The position numbers and the translations under genes are program-made. The notes beneath the pieces are model-generated. The model worked only from the letters and a program-made list of their open reading frames with translations. It was not told where the DNA came from and did no database searches. DNA of 64,000 nt from Macrostomum lignano (taxonomy: Eukaryota). The stretch is from contig NIVC01000503.1 of assembly GCA_002269645.1 (NCBI GenBank), positions 32,168 to 96,167 on the forward strand, written 5' to 3'. Positions 49,619-59,068 of this stretch are shown in pieces; the first letter of the stretch is position 1, and each line of letters begins with the position of its first letter.

Positions 49619-52600
49619 CTAGCCAATCCCAACCCCCGTTGGGGCTTTCCGTCCAAACTCCAACCACAGTTTTCCCCATCCACAAAATCCCCGATGCAAA
49701 GAATCTCACATGCAAAGAATCCCCCATCCAAAGAACCCCTATCGATAGAATCACCGATCCGAAGAATTCCCCATTCAATGAATCCCCTACTCAAGAAATT
49801 CCCGATCTACAGAAGCCCCCTATCTAAAGAATCCCCATCCAAAGAATCTCTCATCCACAGAATCCCCATCCAAAGAATCCCTCATCCACAGAATCCAAAT
49901 ACCCTGGTATAAAGAATCCTCCATCCATCCCTATCCAAAGAATTTCCTCATTCATTCCTATCCAAAGAATTTCCTCATTCATTCCTATCCAAAGAATTTC
50001 CTCATTCATTCCTATCCAAAGAATTTCCTCATTCATTCCTACCTAAAGAATCCCCCATCCATCCATATCCAAAGAATCCCCCCCAATTAATCCCCGTCCA
50101 AATAATTCACATCATAATCCCCATCTAAATAAACCATAGATCTCCCATCTAAATAATCCGCCATCAAAGAAATAATTGGCCAAAGAATTCCCTCATCTAA
50201 AGAACCCCGTCCGAATAATCCCCATCCAACGAATCCAAAGAATCTCCCATCCAAATAATCCCCCTATTAATAGAATTCTTGGCCAAAGAATCCCCTCATC
50301 TAAAGAACCCCCGTCCAAATAACCCCCCCCCATCTAGCGAATCCTTCATCTAAAGAATCAACTATTCGAAAAACCCTCCATCGAAACAATACCCCATCAA
50401 AGTAATTCCCTAATGAATCACCTATCCAAAGATATCCATTAGAAGCATCCCTCATCCAAAGAATCATCAATCCGTAGAATTCCCCAAAAACTTAACATCT
50501 CAGCAATTCCCCCGAGCCTCGACACCTCATAAAATTCCCCCAAGCCTTGACATCTTACCAATTTCCCCCCGTCCAAAGCCTTGACATCTCAGCAGTTCCC
50601 CGTTAAGCCTTGAAATCTCAGCAATTCTCCCCCACAAGTCTTGCATCTCAGCAAGTCCCTCTTAAGCCTTCACATCTCATTAATTCCAATAGGTAAGATT
50701 TTATACATGTATTTCAATAATTCCCCCTATAAATCTTGACATCTTAGAATTCTCTTTCGAGCAAGCATCCCCTGATAGAAAGTACCCCCACCAAGATTAG
50801 TGAAACAATTTCCTCAGCTAGCCAATTCCAACCCCCGTTGGGGCTATTCGTCCAAACTCCAACCAGTTTTTCCACGCAATAAAATTTCACCCAACTGAAT
50901 CTCAAATTTAAAGAATCCCCCATCGAAAGAATCCACCACCCATAGAATCCACGATACAAAGAATCTCACATGCAGAGAATCCCCATCCAAAGAAACCCCC
51001 ATCGATAGAATCCCCGATCCGAAGAAGCCCCATCCATCCCTATCCAAAGAATCCCCCATCCACAGAATCCCGATCAAAATAATGCAAATATTCTCTCATC
51101 CAAATAAACCTCCACAAAAGAATCATTGAATCTGAAGAATCTGAATCTTGAGTCCCCTCATCTAAAGAACCCCGTCCAAATAATCCAAAGAATCATACTC
51201 CAAAATAGTCTCCATCTAAAGAATCCAAAGAATCTCCCATCTAAATAATCCCCCATCAATAAAATCCTAGGCCAAAGAATCCTTCATCTAAAGAATCCCC
51301 ATTCAAAGAACCCTCCATCGAAAGAATCTCCCATCGATGGAATTTCCTAATGAATCAGCTATCTAAAGATATCTATTAGAAGCAGCCCTCATGGAAGGAA
51401 CCCCCAATCCAAAGAATTCCCCCCCCCAAGACTTGACATCTCAACAATTCCCCCCAAGCCTTGATACCTCAGTTCATTCTCTCTTAAGCTTTGACATCTC
51501 AGCAATTCGCTCTCAAGACTTGAAATTTCAGGAATTCCCCTGCCAAGACTTGACATCTCAGCAGTCCTCCAAGTAAGCCTTTATATCTCAGTGATTCCCC
51601 CAGTAAGCCTTGACATCTCAGCAGTCCTCCAAGTAAGCCTTTATATCTCAGTGATTCCCCCAGTAAGCCTTGACATCTCAGCAGTCCTCCAAGTAAGCCT
51701 TTATATCTCAGTGATTCCCCCAGTAAGCCTTGACATCTCAGCAGTCCTCCAAGTAAGCCTTTATATCTCAGTGATTCCCCCAGTAAGTCTTAACATCTCA
51801 GTGATTCCCCCATGCCTTGACATTTTAGAAATTCCCCCCACGCCAGCAGCTCCCCCATTAAGCCTTTATATCTCAGAAATTCCCCCCACGCCAGCAGTTC
51901 CCCCATTAAGCCTTTATATCTCAGAAATTCCCCCCCAAGCCTTAACATCTCAGCGATACCCCCACCAAGCCTTGGCGTCTCAGAAAGTCCCTCTTCAGCC
52001 TTGAGAGCGAATTGCTGAGATGTCAAAGCTTAAGAGAGAATGAACTGAGGTGTCAAGGCTCAGTGATTTCCTCAGTAGGTCTTCACAACTTAGCAATTTC
52101 TCCCCGTCCAAGAGCCTGACATCTCAGAAATTCCCCCACGCCTTGAAACCTCAGCAATTTCCTTTTGGCATCTCAGCAAGTCCCTTTAAGGCTTGACATC
52201 TCAGTAATTCCCCAGTAAGCCTGCATATCTGAATAATTCCCCAGTATGTCTTGACATCTTAGCAATCTCACCCGATCAAGCATGCCCTAAGAGCAAGCGT
52301 CCTTTCGATAGCAAGCATCCCCTGATAGAAAGTAACCCAAGCAAGACAGTGAAACAATTAACTCAGCTAGTACAATAATTAGTTTCTTATCTAGTGCAAT
52401 AATCCTTTTCAAAATTCAAAGTTTAATAAAAAAATTTGAATATACTACATGAACGCTCGTAGCTTCTTCTTTTTTACCTGATTTACCGGACGTTTTTTAA
52501 AGTTAAAATTTTTAATAAAAAAACTTTTACTCTCTAAAAATTCGAACCCACGTCGCTGCAATAGCAGTTCAGTCTGTTCACCTCTAGGCTAACTCATCGT

Positions 52601-53232
52601 TTTGATAACATGAATTGTAGCATATATAATTCAACACCGAAAACTCCAAGCATAGAAATCACTCGAAGCAAGTTATGACATAATCAATTTCTCAGGCAGG
52701 CAATATCAGTTTCAATTATTAAAGTCAACTATTAAAGTGAACAATATGGTTACGCAATCTAAATTGAAATCTAATGGCGCTGGCTTGAATTGTGGAGTTG
52801 CGATAAAGTAGGGGTTTGCGATATGGAAGAGCGTAATATGAGTATGTAAAGCATCCAGAATTTTTATTATACCCCCCCCCCTTAATTGGTTACGCAAGTT
52901 AAATAGAGTAATTATCTGGGCAGTGGGGCAAAGTGAATTTTCTTATCAGTTGGCTCTGGCGCAATCATTAAAATTGGCTGTGAAGTTTCTCGCTGCGCGC
53001 AGGCTGATAAAAAATACACTAAAAAGGCCATTTAAAACAGTTTTTCGAATATTTAATCCCCTTAGCATTGAGCTAGAGCTTAATAAAATTACATGTACCG
53101 TCCCGGGCACATTTGACATCTTTTGGCGAAGAAACGGAGAAAATCGGTTGAGCCTTTTGGGAGATAACCTGTTACATACCCACAGACAGACAGGGCCGGT
53201 GGAGGGGGGGTTGCTACTTTAGATATATTAGA
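49619..53232 (-). mobile_element. 3.6-kb non-autonomous Helitron-like element with a tandemly duplicated 3' part; same family as 40749-43862
   Basis: The minus-strand 5' end is TCTAATATATCTAAAA...CTGTCTGTCTG (53232 downward). Two hairpin (CCCC-AACG-GGGG) plus CTAG 3' ends occur at 50818-50821 and 49619-49622. Region 52510-52700 matches 43295-43480 (AAAATTCGAACC..CGTCGCTGCA...TGTTCACCTCTAGGCTA...TCATCGTTTTGATAACAT). Both elements share AAGCCTTGACATCTCAGCAATTCCCC subrepeats. Confidence 0.8.
51571..51800. repeat. 60-bp higher-order repeat (dimer of 30-bp subunits)
   Basis: The sequence lines starting at 51601, 51661 and 51721 are identical. Each 60-mer comprises two AAGCCTT(G/T)A(C/T)ATCTCAG-based halves. 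Confidence 0.95.
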
Positions 53233-53239
53233 AGAAGAA

Positions 53240-53294
53240 GATTAGAAGATTAGAAGATTAGATTAGATTAGATTAGATTAGATTAGATTAGATG
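53240..53294. repeat. (GATTA)n microsatellite abutting the Helitron-like 5' end
   Basis: GAAGATTA units grading into (GATTA)n. Confidence 0.9.
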
Positions 53295-54409
53295 TTAGGG
53301 TAGCACGGGGGTTTTAGATTTTATAACTCACACCTGTCTCTATTGCTTTAAGTTCTCAGTTATACAGAGTCGACTTGCGTTAGATGTGACGTGACCAGCA
53401 TTAGAACTATATAAAAGAAAATTTTCTAGCAATGTACTCAATTTTCGAGCTGTGCTTGGCAAAACTGGCCATGTGCTTTGATGAAAAGACCTATATAGAG
53501 TTGTTAGCTTAAAAAGGTAAAGCTATGCTTTTCTTGTCGATATCTTTCTTCTATATCTTTTGCTGCTTTCAAAGCGAGCTACACCGTATTTGGTCAGGTT
53601 CTGCTCTACAATTCCCTCCTTAAGTTTTCGGGACTGTCGCCAATGCTTTCTTTTCTATTGAAATTTCCACCCAACCCCACTGCTCTCAGTCTGCTGCATT
53701 GTTTGAGGCTCATTGTTTTTCCGAGTTGGCATGGGTGTGGGTTCTGAGAAACTGCCCCGGAGCACAAGTTCTATTGAGATTAAGATGAAGATTTCGCAGT
53801 GAGGCTGTGGGTGGGACTCGAGAGCGGGCCGGAATCTCGAGTTTCTGGCCCCAGAAGATTTACTTGAGGTGTGGGTTTCTTTCGTCTTTCGTCTCTCTCT
53901 TTCTAGCCCCTCTCCAGTCGAATTTAGAAGCTGCACGCCAGGGGGGGGGGGCTCCGTTTATCTTGCAGTGCAGCTCTTGCTTGTTTCTGTATGGCTTGCG
54001 GTTCTCACTGTTCTCACTGTATATGCGCCAGCACTCGCCCCTTTCCTGTCCAATCCAGCCGGCTATAGGAAGAAGCCAGAAAGAGAGAAAGAACGACAGA
54101 GCTCCTGAAAAAAGCACTTTATTAATCGGCCCCATATTGAGCCGCAGGCAAACGTAGGCCCCGCCCCTGAAACGGCAGTATAAGAAGACAAGCAAGCAAT
54201 ACTAATATCAAACGCAGTGAATATTCTGTCAGAACTTTAAATATCTGCTTCAATTTTAAGATACGAGCGTGCATCTCCGAGCAAGCTTGAAGCAATACCC
54301 AAACTGACTAAGCCGATGTCAGTTGCAGATCGCATGCGTCACTGTCAGGCATCATTCTAGCAGAACAAGCTCTAAAAGCCTTTTACGGTGAAGATTACTA
54401 GTCTACATC

Positions 54410-56230
54410 ATGTCCGAGCTCAACCTATTCTCGCTGCTGTGGCGCCGGGACACCCAGAGCCTTCAAGAGTTGCTCGACTGCTATGAGCTTGCTGAATCGA
54501 ATCGCAGCATCCTCATCAGCATACGTTGCCTTCGCGAGCAATGCACCTGTGCCTTGAATAATCAAGAGGTGCTCATGCTTAAAGCGGTTCGGAACTGCAA
54601 ACTAGTGGCAGGCAGCTGGAGCAAGACCAAGTCAACGCCATCGATGCCTCATCACGCGTTGAGCAAACAGTCGGCATCGTCTTCAAGTACTAGCGGCAAC
54701 GAAAAAAGCATTAGAGTGATTCTCACCGACTACTCAACCGGCTGGTTCGAAGTTCTCAACGAGAGTGGTGGCTCCATTCCCTACTGGACCAGCGTAAAGG
54801 ACGTGGCTCGCCACAAGCCGCAATCGGTCTTTCTACGCAAAGACCAGAAATGCCTATTCGCAAAGAACAAAGCCGGCAATGGCAACTTTGACCTGAGCGC
54901 TGAAAGCACTGGTCTGCTTAAATCCGGCACAGTGCTCAACTATATTGAGAGTGGCAAATTTCGCGTGCAGAAGCATCGGAAAGTCAAGGAGCTGCCACTT
55001 GTAAAATGCTCCGATACAAACGGTCATCTGGTCTTCCTTAACTTAGAGGACAAGTGCGCTGTGAGTCCGGTGGCGGGAGCTGAGAACATCTCAGGTGTAC
55101 ACACGCTGCAGTCTTTGTTGAGCAAGTTCCAGTTCCCACTCAGTGTTAGGCCAGTGTTCGGGCCTCCTCTGCCCTGGTTGTCGTTCTCCGATCGACACAG
55201 TCTGCGTCTGACTTCGTGTAATCGCGGCGACCTACTGTTCCTGGCGTCGCTATCGAATCCGGAACGCTTCTTCGTGGTAACGCCGGAAATGCTCAACCAG
55301 CACGCGTTTCGAGTTGGCGAATCAGAGCTCGGTCATCACGTTCAGCTGTTGGAGCGGCACTCCACCAGAGTGACTCAGTTTCTACAGTCCTATCATCCAT
55401 TTGAAGCGCTGCGTTATCTAATTCGACATCTTGGCGATGCGACAAATCAATTGGCGCCTCAGGAGCGATGCTTGCTGCAGCCAGGAGACCAGCAGGTGTT
55501 ACCACTGGCTCAACAGCAGGAACAACAACCACTTGAAGTTGACGATCTTCTAGACGAAGTAGAGGATATTTACTTCTACGTGAGAACTGGGCGCATGCCG
55601 GCGCATTCACACTTCCAACAGCAGCAGAAACTGCAACAGCAGCAGCAGTTGCAGCAGCACAGCAAGTCCAATTCGTCTAACGACAGCGGCCTCGTTCTTG
55701 TAAATCCACCACGAATTCGCCTAGCCGAGTGCATGGGGGTGCCCGCCGCGCCGCGCCCGTTCCGTGCCACCAGCTGCGACGACTTGCTTGAGGCTGGTCG
55801 AGAGAAGCGTCGTCAACAACAAGAGGTACCGCAGCAGCAGCAGCTTTACCAGCAACCTCATCAGATGACGCAACAGCAGCAGCCCCAGCAGCAACAGCAG
55901 CAGCAGCAGCCGCAGCAGCAGCAGTACCGTCCGCGTCAGGGACCGCCGCCTCCATTGCCACCGCGCAAGTACAGCAACTCCCCTGCTGCGCATATACGGC
56001 ACGATTCGAGGCTACAGCAGCAGTACAGTAACGGAATTGGAGCCGCTCGCCACGTGGCCATGGTAACCTGCAACGGTAACGGCGTCTCGATGGCGTCCAG
56101 CGTTGGCAGCAATTTGCACGGCAGTCGCAGCTCCATGCACGCGATGCAGTTCTCCGGAGGGGCGTCTTCCGCTGCTATGGGTGCAGCTGCTGCCCCTAGC
56201 GGCTCCAATCTGAGCGGCGACTTCCTTTGA
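54410..56230 (+). CDS. CABIT-domain adaptor protein (Themis/GAREM/Serrano superfamily), 606 aa, with Q-rich and proline-rich C-terminus
   Basis: Uninterrupted 606-aa ORF with motifs I recognise from invertebrate CABIT proteins: GWFEVLNESG, SVKDVARHKPQS, VKCSDTNGHLVFL, ENISGVHTLQSLLSKFQFPLSVRPVFGPP. Also DEVEDIYFYVRTG and an SH3-ligand PPPLPPRK. An acceptor-like TTCTAG| lies at 54360, upstream of the ATG. Confidence 0.75.
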   Translation: MSELNLFSLLWRRDTQSLQELLDCYELAESNRSILISIRCLREQCTCALNNQEVLMLKAVRNCKLVAGSWSKTKSTPSMPHHALSKQSASSSSTSGNEKSIRVILTDYSTGWFEVLNESGGSIPYWTSVKDVARHKPQSVFLRKDQKCLFAKNKAGNGNFDLSAESTGLLKSGTVLNYIESGKFRVQKHRKVKELPLVKCSDTNGHLVFLNLEDKCAVSPVAGAENISGVHTLQSLLSKFQFPLSVRPVFGPPLPWLSFSDRHSLRLTSCNRGDLLFLASLSNPERFFVVTPEMLNQHAFRVGESELGHHVQLLERHSTRVTQFLQSYHPFEALRYLIRHLGDATNQLAPQERCLLQPGDQQVLPLAQQQEQQPLEVDDLLDEVEDIYFYVRTGRMPAHSHFQQQQKLQQQQQLQQHSKSNSSNDSGLVLVNPPRIRLAECMGVPAAPRPFRATSCDDLLEAGREKRRQQQEVPQQQQLYQQPHQMTQQQQPQQQQQQQQPQQQQYRPRQGPPPPLPPRKYSNSPAAHIRHDSRLQQQYSNGIGAARHVAMVTCNGNGVSMASSVGSNLHGSRSSMHAMQFSGGASSAAMGAAAAPSGSNLSGDFL

Positions 56231-57434
56231 GTTACTCACTGGCTGTTTTTCTTAGGATTTACGAGCTATAACGTAGCATATTAATGCTTAGTTCACCGGT
56301 TAAAAATCAGAAACAAAGTTAAGAAAGTTTCTTCCTGTTTGACTTGGAATAATTCCGTACCATTTTGCTTACAGACCATCCATGCACTAGCACTAGACAC
56401 TTATATACGAGTAAAAGTTTTATTAATGTTTCAAAATCTAAGCAAACCCAGATTCATTATGGCATGTTTGTAATTTCGTCTTTCCTCATCAGACAAGTCT
56501 TCTCATTATCTCCCTGTTTGACTCTGTCTATGTCGTTTGATGTACTTTGTATATTTGTGCGCTTTTCTTGCATCATTATTTGCTGCTTTGCGTCATTTTT
56601 TTTCATATTAATTATGGTATTCGAGAGTTGTCTTTTACACAGAAAGGAACTTTGCACGACTAATAGCTAAAGGACAGAGTCACCTCTCAGCCAGGATAGT
56701 TCAATGTAAATTTAGGGTATACGGGATCCCCGCTTGCATACTTTTTTTATAGACCCACTCCGTTCTGTGAGTGCATTCCCACAGCTGCATGTGCTTCATC
56801 TCTTGCGTGTAGTTTCCAAAGCTATCAGTCAGTCAGTTGGTTTTATTTGTTTGCCACCGAAAACAGCAGAGTGTATACAAAATGTTGATCGACAATTATT
56901 TACATGTATTGCCCTATTGAATAGTACACATAAAATGCGAGTATTACCTATATATACATCTATGCTATACTTAATCAAGCGATCCTTGTACTTTTATCCA
57001 ATTACAGTACTTATTCCAAGTCCTGTGTCAAACAAATTGATTGGCATAAGAGTCTCACTCTAGGGAGCTCTAATTAGGTTCTCTGTTAACAGCTGTGTAA
57101 ATTCAATAAATATACTCGTTCTTGTAATTTAATTTTGTTAAATTTAAAATCCCAAATATCTCGAAGTCTCTTATTGCAGGATTTGATATTCTCTTTAAGA
57201 AATTTGCGGTATGGATCAGAAAAGATACAGACAAAACTATTCCTCTTTCAAGTGATTAGGATAAAATCGCGAAAGTATGGCTACTTAAAGTAGTCAGCTA
57301 CAGTACGTAATATTTTTGGCGAGTACCGAGCTGTGTGCAGTCTCCTAAATCCTGAGGTTGTTTTTAATCAGTTTCCCTACATCCTAGATCCTTGATCCTG
57401 TCCTAGTCCTAGTCCCATACAGTCTTAGTCCTAC

Positions 57435-57641
57435 GGGGGGTTCACAAATTCGAAATTTCACAACGTCGAAAGCACCTTTCACAAGGTCGAAATTTCACAA
57501 CATCGAAAACAATTGCATAGTTCTTGTTATTTTAAGTTTTCGACGTTGTGAAATTTCGAGCTCATGGAGTTTCGACCTTGGGAAAGTGGCTGCTATTTAA
57601 GTTTTCGATGTTGTGAAATTTCGAACTTGTGAAAGCACCCC
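57435..57641. mobile_element. 207-bp MITE with 8-bp target-site duplication
   Basis: TSD AGTCCTAC at 57427-57434 and 57642-57649. Inverted ends TTCACAAATTCGAAATTTCACAACGTCGAAA (57440-57470) and TTTCGATGTTGTGAAATTTCGAACTTGTGAA (57603-57633), with GGGG/CCCC termini. An 8-bp TSD fits hAT or Merlin; superfamily unresolved. Confidence 0.85.
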
Positions 57642-57656
57642 AGTCCTACATCCTGT

Positions 57657-57964
57657 TGTAGCCTAGTGGTCAGAGCGTAGACCTCACGACTTGAAGGTCG
57701 AGGGTTCGATTCTTGACTCACTCGCGACAATTTGTGTCCTCGAGCAAGACACTTAACTCTGCATTGATTCAGTTCACCCAGCTGTAAAATGGGCCCTACC
57801 AGCATTAGCTGGGGGTAATTGAGGGAGTATGTGGCCGGCGACCCCCCTCCCAGTCCTTGGACTGAACAGCCGTACGCAGCCTTCAGGTGCGCCGCGCAAT
57901 AGCTGCGGCTGAGCTGTCGGTTGCACATCTGCCTATTAGGGCAGGTGTCATCAATTATTATTAT
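57657..57964 (+). mobile_element. tRNA-derived SINE with CORE (MIR-like) domain, 3' stem-loop and (ATT)n tail
   Basis: A box TAGCCTAGTGG (57659-57669) and B box GGTTCGATTC (57703-57712). CORE-like TGTGTCCTCGAGCAAGACACTTAACTCTG...TCAGTTCACCCAGCTGTAAAATGGG (57733-57793). Hairpin ACATCTGCC/GGCAGGTGT (57925-57948) and an (ATT)n tail. 10-bp TSD TACATCCTGT at 57647-57656 and 57965-57974. Confidence 0.88.
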
Positions 57965-59068
57965 TACATCCTGTGGTTGTTTGCCATCAATTTACCATAC
58001 ACAAGGACCACTGTATATAACAGTTACAGCATATCAATGGTTCTTGGTCCTACATGTACATTCTGAGGTTGTTTGCTATCCGGTTTCCCGGTCCTATACA
58101 TGTACATCTTGAGCTTTTGGTCATCCGCAGCCTCCCAGAGTCCCAGATCCTGAGGTTTTTGCAATCGTGACCTCCCAGATCCTGATGTTTGTAAACAACG
58201 AGCATCATACATGTAGCATGTACACAGCACATTGCAAGAATTTTAATAATAGACTATAAGCAAGTTTTCTTTTAAATTTTGATTTTTCTGCGATAAACTT
58301 AAATGATGAAGATTGTCAGTATCCGTCTATCCAGCACTCTGGCAGCACAAGGAAATTACATGTAAGAGCGCAAGTCGACCTACAGTACATGTACAGGTGC
58401 AGCAATTGTTCTGTAATACAGTAAATGATAAAACAACAATCTACACATACGATCTCCGGACACGTGTGTTGTTTATGTTATACATGTATTGTAGGAAATT
58501 TCCGGACTGAAAACTGCATGCACACGCTCTGTCACGCATGAAGAGTGTATCTGTCAAGCATCCGTTTAAATTTTGGATTTGAAGCGAAAAAGTTGCATTT
58601 TCACTATATAGATTCCAGCTGAAATCCAGATTCCAAAGTCCCTTGCAGGTTCGCCTTTGGGTATGGTTTTTACAAAGTATAAATAAATCGCCTTATTTAC
58701 ATGAAAACTTATAAACGTACGTGTACATGTTAAATAAATTCATAGAAACTGCATGGAATCTTAGCATAAAGCACGCAAGTTTGGCCTATACATGCAATTC
58801 TGTTTTCGGAATTTGTTGTATTATTTATAATCAGGCCTCGCAGCCTACATTACTCACATTTAGGTAAGTATCTGGTGTTCCATTGTGGTCTACTCAAACA
58901 ATTCCAAATTTTACTGATAGACAGATGTTGATTAACACCCACAGATCACAGCGATCAAGCTGCGAGTTGAATTTTGAAACATCATGCATGCTCCTTGATA
59001 AGTGCAATTAGTACATGTACACTCGTTGACAACTTTTAGAGTTTACTTGTACCACGGGGCTCGATAAA

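Noticed and set aside
57652-57725. Functional tRNA gene (Val-CAC-like loop)
   Set aside because: The anticodon and acceptor stems do not pair, and the sequence continues into a SINE body with tail and TSD.
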